Notes under the pieces: model-generated
What the model was told of the DNA's origin: nothing
The model's database searches: none
The model's input: the letters and a program-made list of their open reading frames with translations, nothing else
Assembly (NCBI GenBank): GCA_963713045.1
Contig: CAVQKE010000007.1
Coordinates: forward strand, 416,001 to 480,000
DNA from: an uncultured delta proteobacterium
GTDB lineage: Bacteria; Myxococcota; Myxococcia; Myxococcales; Myxococcaceae
DNA: 64,000 nt
Reading direction: 5' to 3'
Translations under genes and position numbers: made by a program
In this document: positions 52,196-62,589 of the stretch, in pieces
How the letters are laid out: every line of letters starts with the position of its first letter
Numbering within the stretch: position 1 is the stretch's first letter

Positions 52196-53224
52196 TCAAC
52201 CGGCCTGCGTGCCAAGGCGGCCGCGGTACTGAGTGTCGAAGTACTGCCGGTAGGCACCACTGTTGACGTGCTCCCACCAAGCGGTGTGGTCGAGGTACCA
52301 CCGCACCGTCTCAGCGAGTCCCTGCTCAAAGGAGTGGGCCGGCTTCCAGCCGAGTTCCGAGCGAATCTTACCAGGGTCGATGGCATAGCGCCGGTCATGG
52401 CCTAGGCGATCGGCAACGAGGCGAATCAGGTTCTCGTTCTTGCCGAGCAACTGAAGGAGCCCTCGGACCACTTCCAGGTTCTTCCGCTCTGCTCCACCCC
52501 CGATGTTGTAGACCTCACCGGCGCGGCCGCGCTCGAGCACCGCGAGCAGCGCTTCGCAGTGGTCTTCAACATGTAACCAGTCACGAACGTTGCCGCCGTC
52601 GCCATAGACCGGGAGCGGCTTGTCATGAAGGGCATTGACAATCATCAGTGGAATCAGCTTCTCGGGAAACTGATGTCGGCCATAGTTGTTAGAGCATCGA
52701 GTAACGACGACATCCAACCCGAAGGTGTGACCGTAAGCGAGGGTGATGAGGTCGGCGGCCGCCTTAGAGGCGGAATACGGGCTGGAGGGCTGAAGCGGCG
52801 AGGATTCAGTGAAAGCTCCGCTCGCCCCGAGCAATCCGTACACCTCGTCTGTAGAGACCATGACAAAGCGGCGGACACCGGCCACCTTGCAAGTCTCTAG
52901 GAGCGCTTGGGTGCCGAGCACGTTGGTGTGGATAAAGACGTCCGGCCCGAGGATGGAACGGTCAACGTGGCTCTCGGCGGCGAGGTGGAGCACCACTTCG
53001 ATGGCGTGCCGGGCAAAGACGAACTCGAGCAACTCGCGGTTGCAGATGTCGCCCTTCACAAAAATGTGCCCTCGGTCATCTTCAAGCGCGGCCAGGTTCT
53101 CCAGATTGCCGGCATAGGTGAGTTTGTCGAGCGTCACGACCGTCCATTCCGGACGCCTTGCGCGCAGGTGAAGCACAAGGTTCGAACCAATAAAGCCGCA
53201 GCCGCCGGTGACAAGGACGTTCAT
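52196..53224 (-). CDS. rmlB: dTDP-glucose 4,6-dehydratase
   Basis: VTGGCGFIGSN, DKLTYAGN, AAESHVDRSI, STDEVYG, PYSASKA and RCSNNYG motifs. Confidence 0.98.
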   Translation of the reverse strand: MNVLVTGGCGFIGSNLVLHLRARRPEWTVVTLDKLTYAGNLENLAALEDDRGHIFVKGDICNRELLEFVFARHAIEVVLHLAAESHVDRSILGPDVFIHTNVLGTQALLETCKVAGVRRFVMVSTDEVYGLLGASGAFTESSPLQPSSPYSASKAAADLITLAYGHTFGLDVVVTRCSNNYGRHQFPEKLIPLMIVNALHDKPLPVYGDGGNVRDWLHVEDHCEALLAVLERGRAGEVYNIGGGAERKNLEVVRGLLQLLGKNENLIRLVADRLGHDRRYAIDPGKIRSELGWKPAHSFEQGLAETVRWYLDHTAWWEHVNSGAYRQYFDTQYRGRLGTQAG

Positions 53225-53684
53225 TTCTAGAGGACTCGCATCATCTTCTTCGAACCGAGTCAATTCGCAAGTGGGTCGACGGCTCCCCTGGGCCTCAAGC
53301 GTGGCACCTGAGTCGCTTCTGAAGGACGACTCCCATGCGGTCGGTAAGGCGGCCGACATGGTGACTCCACGTCTTTCCTTCACACGTCGGTGCGCGTGCC
53401 GGCGAACTCCAAGCCTGATAGCAGCTTCCGTCGTGATCCGAGCCCAGCGACCGTGTCCGCAGGACCGGCGATCTGCTGGCGAGGCCGCCGTGGCAAAGGC
53501 GTTCCAGCCGAGAGATGGGTGCGGCGCAGCCACTCAGCCACGCCGATCGCCACCGCCCTGGACTTTAAGGTTTGAGCCTGATTGGCCTTGTCCTCGCGGG
53601 GGCGCGTGTGGGACCCTCCCCGCCCTTCGCGCGGGCGGCTCCTGACGGACGTGCCTGTCGCCCAGTACTTCAGGAGGCCAACAC

Positions 53685-56600
53685 TTGCTGGAGTGGACCG
53701 GCGAGCGCTTCATCCCCGGTGTCAAGGGCGACGTTGAAGTCGAACATCTGCACCGCTATTACGCGGCCAGCGGCTGCGTGCGCGGGCTACGCGTGCTCGA
53801 CATTGCCTGTGGCGAAGGTTACGGCTCCGCCATCCTCGCCCGACAGGCGCTGAGCGTCGTGGGCGTTGACATCAGCCCAGAGGCAATCGCGCATGCCCGA
53901 GCGACCTATGCCTCGACCGGACTGCGCTTCGAGGTCGGTTCCTGCGAGCAGATCCCACTCGGCGATGCCTCAGTCGACGCAGTCGTCTGCTACGAGACGC
54001 TGGAGCACGTGGCAGCGCACGACTCACTGATGGCCGAGTTCCGACGCGTGTTAGTTCCCGGGGGATTCCTGGTCATCTCGTGCCCAGACCGGATCGAGTA
54101 TTCCGAGATTCCCAAGTTTCACAACCCGTTTCACGTCCGCGAGCTCTACCTCAACGAACTCCGTGACCTGCTTGGACGTCATTTCCGTAAATTTCAGATC
54201 TATGGGCAGCGGGTGCAATACGCATCGGTGTTGGCACCGATCGACGAACTCAAATCGCCCTTTGTCTCATTCCGCTCCGCCGACGAAGTCGTGCGAGGAC
54301 AGGGGATCATTCGGCCCGTTTACTTCCTAGCGGTCGCCTCGGATAAGGCCTGCCCGCCGCTACCGGCTGGGGTGCTTGAGCCCCGGGTACCACCTTACCT
54401 GGCTGACATCGAAGCGCTACGGGCTGAGGTCCATCGCGAGCAGTCAGACCGTGCACGACTGAAGGACGAGCTGGCGCGAGTCGGCGCAGAGGCCGCGCGG
54501 CTACCGTCACTCCACGCCCGCGTTTCCGAGCAAGAGGGCCTTCTGTCCGAACAGCGCGGGCGCCTCGAGACGGGCGCCCTGGAACTCGCGCAGCTGACCC
54601 GAGCTTTGGAGGATGCCCGGGGGCTCCTCCGCGCCTCTGAGGGCCGCACCATCGAACTCGCCCAGCACGCATCCCAGCTCGACTCGGAGCTGAAGAGGAT
54701 TTGGGCTAGCCGCTCCTGGAGGTTCACCGCCCCTTTGCGCAAAGCGATGGGTGCGGTTCGCGATCTCCACCCGCGTCGGCGACTGCGACAGGCGACGGAG
54801 GGTCTGTTTGTTTTCATTTACCGCGGACTACCCTTGGGGGGGCGGGCGAGGGTCCGGATCCGCAACTTCCTCTTTCGCACGTCGCCCTGGGCCTTCGCTC
54901 ACACCCGGTCATTTCGAAATTGGCGCGAAATCAGCGTTCTCGACGAACGACCCCCAGGCTCGACGCACGAGTCCGCAGGGCAGCCTACCCTCGGAACGCT
55001 ACCCGGGTACCGTGTGCTTCCGGCCGCCGACGGGTTGTGGGAATGGGCAGACGGCGCTGAAATCCGTGAGCGGCTCGGACGCGCCGAGGCCAAGCGTCGT
55101 GCCGCGCTTCGGATCGCGCCCTACGCGGTCATCTCGCTCGAGGAGGGCGAGGTGGACGCCGCGGTGGCCGGCCTCCGCTTTCCTAATTGTCCGGAGCCGC
55201 TGGTCTCCATTCTGATCCCGACGTATGGCAATTTTAAGTACACGGTTGAATGCCTGGTCTCCATCGAACGGTGCGGCTCGTCCCTCGCAAGCGAAGTGAT
55301 TATCGCCGATGACGCCTCGACCGACGGTACCGCTGACCGGCTGGCTCGAGTCCCCAATCTGCGCGTTCTTTCTGCGGCACAAAACCAAGGGTTCCTGCGA
55401 AACGTCAACCGCGCAGTGCCCGCTGCTCGGGGCCGCTTCCTGGTCCTGCTCAACAATGATGTCCAGGTAACGTCAGGCTGGTTGGAGGCGCTCGTCTCTC
55501 CAGCTCTAGAGCTGCAACATGTGGGCGCTGTAGGCCCGAAGATTATCTACCCCTCTGGATGGCTTCAGGAGGCGGGGTGCTCTTTCCGTCCTGATGGCAC
55601 AACACAAATGGTTGGCCTCGGCGACAGTCCCAATCTTCCACAGTACGGCTACCTGCGCGAGGTGGACTATTGCTCGGGCGCTTGCCTCTTGGTCAACACA
55701 CAAATTTTCAGGGAGCTCGGCGGCTTCGACGACGCACTGGCGCCTGCCTACTGCGAGGACAGTGACCTCTGCTTGCGTCTGCGTGAGCGCGGCCTGCGCG
55801 TGATTTACAACCCAGCGGCGGTTGTCGTTCACCATCTCTCAAAGACAACGGCGGTGGAAGGCAACGACGTCAGGCTCGCGCAGGTGGGACGCAACCTCGA
55901 GAAGTTCGCTCGGAAGTGGCAGGCGACGCTCGACCGCCTGACTGCGGTGCGGGTGGTGGCGTTTTACCTGCCCCAGTTCCATCCGATTCCCGAGAACGAT
56001 CGCTGGTGGGGGCCCGGATTCACCGAGTGGCGCAACGTAGCGCAGGCGCGACCCAACTTCGTCGGCCACTACCAGCCGCGGTTGCCCGCCGACCTGGGCT
56101 TTTACGACCTGCGTGCGCCGGAGACAGCCGACCGACAGGCGGCACTGGCGCGCCGCTACAGCATCGACGCTTTTTGCTACTACTACTATTGGTTCGCGGG
56201 TCGCCGTCTGTTGGAAATGCCTCTCGAGCGCGTCCTCACACAAGGGCGACCTGATCTGCCATTTTGCGTCTGCTGGGCCAATGAGAATTGGACCCGCCGC
56301 TGGGATGGGCAGGACAACGAGATCTTGATGGCGCAGGCCCACTCGGACGCCGACGACCGGGCGGTCATCCTCGATCTGCTCCGCTACTTGCGCCACCCCA
56401 ACTACCTGCGGGTCAACGGCAAGCCACTGCTCGCTATCTACCGAGTTCAGCTTTTCCCCGACTTCCCGCGTACCGTCGCAACCTGGCGGCAGATTTGCCG
56501 AGAAGAGGGGCTCGGCGAAATCTATCTGACCCTGGTGGAGTCTTTCGACCTCGCCTCGAAGATGGTGCACCCCGCCACCTTTGGTTGCGATGCCTCCATC

Positions 56601-57031
56601 GAGTTCCCCCCCACGGCATGGCCGATCCACGGCCGCCGAGTGGGACGGTGACCAACCCGCGTTTCGCGGGGCAGGTGGCCGATTACCGCGACCTGGTGGC
56701 CCGCTTCTGCCTCCGCGAACAGCCTCCGTACATTCGCTTCCGTGGGCTAATCCCCGGCTGGGACAACACCCCGCGTCGGCAGGACGCCAGCTTCTGCTTT
56801 GAGAACGCTACGCCCGGGGCGTTCGAGGCCTGGGCCGAGGTCGTCATCGAGGAAACGGCCCGGATGCGCAGTGGCGAGGAGCGACTTGTGTTCGTCAACG
56901 CCTGGAACGAGTGGGCCGAGGGAGCCTACCTCGAGCCGGACCTGCGCTTCGGCCATACCTTCCTCGAGGCGCTGAAGAACGCCAAAGACTCGGCGCGGCT
57001 CAAGCGGAGGAGCCGATATGCGCTCGACTGA
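53685..57031 (+). pseudogene. Multidomain glycan enzyme (SAM methyltransferase, coiled coil, GT2, WbsX/GH99-like) split by a frameshift in the C7 run at 56606-56612; may be phase variation or a sequencing error
   Basis: TTG start after AGGAGG; TGERF, HLHRY, LDIACGEGYG; heptad region; GT2 LLNND and YCEDSD; AFYLPQFH..PEND.WWG.GFTEW and WANENW. After the shift: PHG...PGWDNTPRR, NAWNEWAEG.YLEPD. Confidence 0.85.
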
Positions 57032-57107
57032 GGTGGCGGCCCCGATTGCCTCTTTCCGAGAGTGCTGGTTGGCCCGCATCAGCACTGTTACCCTCTGTCG
57101 TTAGGAG

Positions 57108-58652
57108 ATGACTCGCCCAACGCCCTCAGCTGAATCCCCGCGACTTCTCATCTTTGTCATCGCGTACCAGGCGGAGGCGACGCTGACCGCAGTGTTGGAG
57201 CGCATCCCCCGCTCTGTCTTCGAGGCCTGGGACACCGAGATACTCGTCGTCGACGACGCATCGGGAGACCGCACCTACGACATCGGCCGCGCGTACCAGG
57301 CGGCCCATGCAGACCTGCCTCTCACAGTCCTCCGCAACGCCTACAACCAGGGCTATGGCGGAAACCAGAAAGTCGGCTACTCGTACGCCATCGCCCGCGG
57401 CTGTGACGTCGTCGCAATGGTGCATGGGGACGGTCAATATGCACCGGAGGAACTTCCCCGGCTCCTCGAGCCCCTGCGAGAGGGAACGGCCGACGCCGTC
57501 TTCGGGAGCCGGTTCATGCCTCCCTCAGGTGCACGCAAGGGAGGCATGCCTCTTTACAAATTCATCGGCAACCGCGTCCTCACCGGGGTGCAGAACCTTT
57601 TGCTCGCCACCCGCCTCTCGGAGTTCCACTCTGGTTATCGCCTCTACCGGGTCCCGACGCTCGCCGCACTCCCCTTCGCCCTCAACTCCAACGACTTTCA
57701 CTTCGACACAGAGATTATTCTCCAGCTCCTGAACCATCGCGCCCGCATCATCGAGCTCCCCATCCCCACCTATTACGGGGACGAAATCTCGAGAGTGAAC
57801 GGGATGGCCTACGCGTGGAATGTCGTCTCGGCAACGCTGCAGAACGTCGCTCATCGCTTCGGGATTCTCTACCAGCGCCGCTTCGACGTGACGCCGCCTA
57901 CCGACACGTCCCATTACTCAGCAAAACTGGACTACGCCTCCAGCCACACCTTCGCCCTGGAGGCAGTGCCGGCTGGAAGTCGGGTGCTCGACTTGGGCGC
58001 AGGTCCGGGGCCGCTCGCCAACCGGCTTGCACAGAAGGGCTGCTCGCTCACTCTGGTCGACCGGGCGCCGTCACAGGGAGCTCCCCAGGGAGCCACCGTC
58101 CTCGTCCGCGACCTCGACGGCGACCCGCTGGACATCGACGTTCGAGACGCCGATGTCATTCTGCTTCTGGATGTCATTGAGCATTTGAAGGACCCGGAGC
58201 GCTTCATGGCCGCGCTGCGTCGCCACTTTGACTACCGGACGCGTACCGTTGTGCTGACCACACCCAATATTGCCTTTATCATCCAGCGTCTGATGCTGCT
58301 GTTGGGCCAGTTCAACTACGGCAAGTCCGGCATCCTCGACCGGACTCACACCCGACTCTTCACCTTCCGCAGCTTCGAGCACCTCCTCCGCGACGCTGGG
58401 CTTCGCATCAAACGAATTCGCGGCGTGCCGGCGCCCTTTCCCAAAGCAATCGGGGACAATTTCGCGGCGCGAGCCCTGCTGGCCATCAATCAGGCCCTCA
58501 TCCGGGTGAGCAAGTCGCTCTTCGCGTACCAGATTTTCGTTGAGGCCGAGACCACGCCGGACGTGACCTTCGTCCTCGCGGACTCGCTCGCAAGACATCC
58601 CATGCCCGCGGCCGACGCGCCGCCAAAGGGCCCCGTGGCCGCAAGCAGATGA
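57108..58652 (+). CDS. GT2 (polyprenol-phosphate glycosyltransferase-like) fused to a class I SAM methyltransferase
   Basis: VVDDAS, NQGYGGNQK, HGDGQY and EFHSGYR; then VLDLGAGPG, DVIEHL and GILDRTH. Confidence 0.9.
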   Translation: MTRPTPSAESPRLLIFVIAYQAEATLTAVLERIPRSVFEAWDTEILVVDDASGDRTYDIGRAYQAAHADLPLTVLRNAYNQGYGGNQKVGYSYAIARGCDVVAMVHGDGQYAPEELPRLLEPLREGTADAVFGSRFMPPSGARKGGMPLYKFIGNRVLTGVQNLLLATRLSEFHSGYRLYRVPTLAALPFALNSNDFHFDTEIILQLLNHRARIIELPIPTYYGDEISRVNGMAYAWNVVSATLQNVAHRFGILYQRRFDVTPPTDTSHYSAKLDYASSHTFALEAVPAGSRVLDLGAGPGPLANRLAQKGCSLTLVDRAPSQGAPQGATVLVRDLDGDPLDIDVRDADVILLLDVIEHLKDPERFMAALRRHFDYRTRTVVLTTPNIAFIIQRLMLLLGQFNYGKSGILDRTHTRLFTFRSFEHLLRDAGLRIKRIRGVPAPFPKAIGDNFAARALLAINQALIRVSKSLFAYQIFVEAETTPDVTFVLADSLARHPMPAADAPPKGPVAASR

Positions 58653-60016
58653 GCGCCGCACCGGAAGACGGCGGATGGACGCGCACCACGGTGCTTGCGC
58701 TCCTCCTCATCGCACTTGGCCAGATGCTGTTGGCAAGTGACGGCCACTACACGCCCGAGGCCATCCGGTGGCTAGTGGTGGCGAGCGCACTCGGCATGGT
58801 TGCCGTCTCTGCCCGGCCCCTTCCCGCGCTCGAGCGTCTGGGGCTGTGCGCACCGGTGGCCGTGCTCCTCTTTGGAGTCGTCGTCCAATTCACCCAAGTC
58901 GCCACCCACCCTCCCGGGATGTACCTCCGCCCCGTCAGTGGCTGGGCAGCCTTCCTCGCCGCTGTCGCGGCCGCCGCCGTCTTTTCCGGGAGCGTGGCTT
59001 TCGCCAGTCCAGCCTTGGCACGCCTCGGGACCGCGGCGCTTGCCGTGTGCTTTCTGGCTGCCGGGCTGTGGGTGCTTCGTGCCTCCCCCCGGCCCGCCAT
59101 CGATGTCTTCATCTTTCAACAGCAGGCGAGCGAGGCGTTGCTTCACGGCCACAACCCCTACACGCTGACGTTCCCCAACATTTACGGCCACACGCAGTTT
59201 TACGGACCGGACATTACCGACGGGCGGACCCTCTTCTTCGGATTCCCCTACCCACCCTTCTCGCTCTTCCTCGCCGCTGGAGGTTTTCTGGCCACTGGGG
59301 ACCACCGGTCGGCCCAGCTGTTGGCCTTCGTCATTTCGGCAGCATGCGTCCTCGCCCTGCGGCCAGACCGCCTCGGCGCGCTGGTGGCAGCCGTGCTGCT
59401 CTTCACCCCTCGCGGGCTCTTCGTCCTCGAGCAAGGCTGGACCGAACCCTTCGGCGTCGCTTTGCTCGGCCTCGTGCTGCTCTCGGCGGTGCGCGCTCCG
59501 CGCCTTCTCTGGCTGGCCCTCGGGGCCCTCTTCGCCTGGAAGCAGTACACGGTTGTCCTGTTTCCCCTGACAGCCCTGTTGCTCCCACGGCCTTTTTCTT
59601 GGAGGGCTTGGGCAAGACTGGTGGTGCCGGCGCTTGCGACGACGCTCGCCCTCACCCTTCCGCTCGCGCTGTGGGATGGGCGGGCGTTTTGGCGCTCGGT
59701 GGTGTGGCTCCAGACGGTGCAGCCCTTCCGGACGGATGCGCTGTCCTTCCCGGCGGCGCTGGTGGCCCTTGGCACCACGCCACCTCCCATCGTTCCCACG
59801 CTGCTCGTGCTTACCGCGCTGGCCGTTGCACTCGTCCTGTGGCGAGCCCCGCGGACGCCTCAGGGCTTCGCCCTCGCTGTCACCGTCGTGCTTGGTGTCT
59901 TCTTTGCCTTCAACAAGCAGTCGTTCTGCAACTACTGGTTTCTCGTGCTGGGCACCTCGGCGTTGGCCGTCGCCGCCGGCATGCCGCGGGCGACGGCCGC
60001 CGAGGGCCCGGACTGA
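58649..60016 (+). CDS. Polytopic membrane protein, GT-C (GT87-like) glycosyltransferase candidate
   Basis: About 11-12 hydrophobic segments; IDV...QQ, G.NPY, FPYPP, E..W.EP and KQY motifs; ATGA overlap with the upstream gene. Confidence 0.65.
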   Translation: MSAAPEDGGWTRTTVLALLLIALGQMLLASDGHYTPEAIRWLVVASALGMVAVSARPLPALERLGLCAPVAVLLFGVVVQFTQVATHPPGMYLRPVSGWAAFLAAVAAAAVFSGSVAFASPALARLGTAALAVCFLAAGLWVLRASPRPAIDVFIFQQQASEALLHGHNPYTLTFPNIYGHTQFYGPDITDGRTLFFGFPYPPFSLFLAAGGFLATGDHRSAQLLAFVISAACVLALRPDRLGALVAAVLLFTPRGLFVLEQGWTEPFGVALLGLVLLSAVRAPRLLWLALGALFAWKQYTVVLFPLTALLLPRPFSWRAWARLVVPALATTLALTLPLALWDGRAFWRSVVWLQTVQPFRTDALSFPAALVALGTTPPPIVPTLLVLTALAVALVLWRAPRTPQGFALAVTVVLGVFFAFNKQSFCNYWFLVLGTSALAVAAGMPRATAAEGPD

Positions 60017-60048
60017 AGCCTGCGGCCCGACGGACGCCAGGAGCCCCG

Positions 60049-60750
60049 TCAGCGCCCGGCGTCGTTGGCCCCGGCGAGTCGTTCCCTGGCCCCGCGCACC
60101 TCCTCCTCGTAGAGGCGCACCAGCTGCTTCTCTCGACTGAGGAGGAGGTCCACATTGGCGTCGCCCCAGGCCTCGCGCTCGTCGGCCAGGTGCTCCACTC
60201 GAGCCTCGTCTTCCCGGAGGGCGGCAAGGGTGGCGTCCACCGCCTCGCGCTTGTCGGCCGGAAGGCTACTGCGTGCGGCGGCGAGGTCGTCGGACAGCTT
60301 CCCCAACCCCAAGGGGTGAGTGAAAAGCCGCGCTGCCGCGACGTCCGCCGCCATGGACTCAATGAGACGCACTTCGGCCGCGCTGAGCGCCGTGCGCTGA
60401 CGCGCCGCTGCCTCGCGCTGCCCCTGCGCGGAGAGGACAGACCAAGCCCGCTGGACCGCGCCGGGCTCTCCGGCGTCGACGGCCTGGAGCAGCTCTCTCA
60501 GTTGGGCAGAGGACGGTTCGCCGCCTTGCAGCAGCAGTTGCTTGTACTCCAGAAAGGCCTCCAGCTTAGCCGCGGTGAGTCGGTAGGGACCTGCGTCGAC
60601 GCCAAGTGCGGCCGCTCGGCCCACCAGGCCAGCGTCTAGGGCAGTGTTCACGCGGGGAGTTGCCCGGCAGGCGGAAGCAGTGCATGCCAAAAGGAGACAG
60701 ACGGCGAACCACCGGTTGGGGCTTTGACCGTGAGCGGCGCGCTCGTGTAC
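60049..60750 (-). CDS. Hypothetical helical lipoprotein-like protein; start codon not identified
   Basis: Open frame with a signal-like RWFAVCLLLACTASAC and Ala/Glu/Arg-rich helices; the 5' end is approximate. Confidence 0.45.
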   Translation of the reverse strand, partial: VHERAAHGQSPNRWFAVCLLLACTASACRATPRVNTALDAGLVGRAAALGVDAGPYRLTAAKLEAFLEYKQLLLQGGEPSSAQLRELLQAVDAGEPGAVQRAWSVLSAQGQREAAARQRTALSAAEVRLIESMAADVAAARLFTHPLGLGKLSDDLAAARSSLPADKREAVDATLAALREDEARVEHLADEREAWGDANVDLLLSREKQLVRLYEEEVRGARERLAGANDAGR

Positions 60751-60789
60751 GACCTCCGGCGAGGATGGGCAGAAGAGCGGGAGGCACTG

Positions 60790-61281
60790 GTGAAGGTGTA
60801 CCTCGTGCGGCACGCCGACGCGGACGCAGACATTCCTGAAGGGTTGGACGACGGGGCGCGCGCGTTGACTGCCAAGGCACGAGAGAAGGTGCACGCCCAC
60901 TTTGTAGCGCTCAAAGCCTCTATGGAGGGGGCGGCCCTCATCCTCACCAGCCCACTCGTCCGTACCGTGCAAACCGCTCAAATCCTAGCCCTTGCGCAGG
61001 GGCTCGAGGTGCCGCTTCGAGCCGACCGCAGCCTGCTTCCGGACATGCCGGTCGGCAGTCTGGATGTGGTGCTGGCCGAGCACCGGGCGGAGGACGTGGT
61101 GTTGGTGGGCCACAACCCGTCCATGCCGGCCATGGCCGCCCACCTTTTGTCCATCCAAGCCTTCCCGCGCAACGTAACGCCCGGCACCGTCATCGGTCTG
61201 GAAGTTATAGAAAACAGCCGAGCCCGCCTCCTCTTCTTCGCTGCGCCGGGACAGCCGATGGCCACCTCGCTTGGGGTCTAG
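60790..61281 (+). CDS. sixA: SixA-like phosphohistidine phosphatase
   Basis: VYLVRHA.A, R.LT, SP.VR..QTA and LVGHNP motifs. Confidence 0.85.
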   Translation: MKVYLVRHADADADIPEGLDDGARALTAKAREKVHAHFVALKASMEGAALILTSPLVRTVQTAQILALAQGLEVPLRADRSLLPDMPVGSLDVVLAEHRAEDVVLVGHNPSMPAMAAHLLSIQAFPRNVTPGTVIGLEVIENSRARLLFFAAPGQPMATSLGV

Positions 61282-61293
61282 GCAAAGGGGCCT

Positions 61294-61620
61294 ATGGACG
61301 AGACCCGCTACAACCAGCTGGTGGCTGATGCCTTCCGGACGCTGATGCGGGCGCTGGACAAAGTCGACCCGGACCTGCTCGACGCGGACAGCACCGGCGA
61401 CATGGTGACGGTGACTTCGGCCTCGGGGCAGAAGGTGGTGGTCAACACCCAACGGGCGGCGCGGCAGATTTGGGTGGCCGGCAAAGGCCTTGGCCTGCAC
61501 TTCTCCTTTGAGGCCGACGGCCGGTGGATGGACGACAAAGGGAAGGGCGTCGAGCTCTTCACCTTCGTCGGGGACGCGGTGGCCGCCATCTCCGGGGTCC
61601 GGCTGGACCCAGAAGGCTGA
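61294..61620 (+). CDS. cyaY: Iron donor protein CyaY (frataxin family)
   Basis: M.E..Y...., G..VT, VVN.Q....QIWVA...G.HF and W motifs. Confidence 0.9.
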   Translation: MDETRYNQLVADAFRTLMRALDKVDPDLLDADSTGDMVTVTSASGQKVVVNTQRAARQIWVAGKGLGLHFSFEADGRWMDDKGKGVELFTFVGDAVAAISGVRLDPEG

Positions 61621-61644
61621 ACCGAAGGCTTCGGCCGTCTCACC

Positions 61645-62589
61645 TCAGGCGATGGAGATGCGGCTTTTCTGCCGTCGGGCATCGCTGGTCGCTCCGGCGA
61701 CGACAATGCGGTTTCCACCCTCCAGCCGGGCTTGCTCCAGGGCCTCCTCGGCGCCGTCCATCAGGGCGCCGAAACTCAACTGGCCGGTGTTGCGAAGCGG
61801 GTCATGGGTGGCGACTCCCACCGAGGCGGTAATGAAGGTTTCCCCGAGGCCGGACAAACCTTCCTGAAGACGCGCCGCCACCTCCTGGGCGCCCGTCACC
61901 GGCGTGTGCGGCAGAAAGGCCACCCAGCTGGCGAGCCGGTAGGGCGCCACCAGGTCCACCTCCCGCAAAGCAGCGACCAGCCGCTCCAGCACGGCATCGG
62001 ACAGTTCCTGAAGACGGGCCACCTCCTCGGGGTCCGTGGCGTCGCCGAAGCCGTCCAGGGACACCACCACCAGGGACACGGGGTAGCGGAAGCGCCTCGA
62101 GCGTTTCACCTCCCGCACGAGGAGGGAGCGGAAGGTTTGGAAGTCGGCCGACGTCTGGGCCGTCAGCTCGGGTTCGCTCCCCTCCGCCGAGTCGGCCGTC
62201 GGCCCTGGAAGGATGCGGCCTTCCAAGTCGTGCAGCTTGAGGACATTCTTGACGCACGAGAGCACGGTACCGGCTTTGAGCGGCCCCACCAGGCAGCCGT
62301 CCGCCCCAGCCGTGGACGAGCGCTCGTCCGCGTTGGCCTCATCCGGCGGATAGACGAGCACCACCGCCGGGCTGGAGTCCCGCGCCTTGAGCGCGGTGCA
62401 CAGCCCCTCGCCATCAAACAATGGGGATTCGCTCGCCAGGACGAGGTCCACCTTCTCGCTGGCGAGCAGCGCCAGGGTCTCCTCCTCGGTCCGGGCTACC
62501 CGCACGGCGTACTTGCCGGCGAGGAAGCCGCGCAGCGCGTTGGCCACCGGCGCCGAAGGTTCAGCCAGAAGCACGCGGGCGGCGGTCAC
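61645..62589 (-). CDS. Atypical receiver plus degenerate GGDEF domain protein
   Basis: REC-like N-terminus lacking the acidic pocket; REVKRSRR..YP.SL..V.LD.F; REVD-LVAPY-RLASW replaces RxxD-x5-GGDEF; TAS.GVA; GGNR. Confidence 0.82.
   Translation of the reverse strand: MTAARVLLAEPSAPVANALRGFLAGKYAVRVARTEEETLALLASEKVDLVLASESPLFDGEGLCTALKARDSSPAVVLVYPPDEANADERSSTAGADGCLVGPLKAGTVLSCVKNVLKLHDLEGRILPGPTADSAEGSEPELTAQTSADFQTFRSLLVREVKRSRRFRYPVSLVVVSLDGFGDATDPEEVARLQELSDAVLERLVAALREVDLVAPYRLASWVAFLPHTPVTGAQEVAARLQEGLSGLGETFITASVGVATHDPLRNTGQLSFGALMDGAEEALEQARLEGGNRIVVAGATSDARRQKSRISIA

Larger units (their letters stand above)
48069..56627. other. Compositionally foreign, probably horizontally acquired block (wzm-wzt-rmlBDAC-multidomain GT)
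   Basis: About 29 GATC sites by manual scan versus 4 in 1-48,000 and none seen after 56,630; more A/T-ending codons. No integrase or flanking repeats seen. Confidence 0.7.

Noticed and set aside
53225..53533. N-terminal extension of rmlB (in-frame ATG at 53359 preceded by GGAG)
   Set aside because: Homology begins at MNVLVTGG (53224) and the extension has no recognisable features; not fully excluded.
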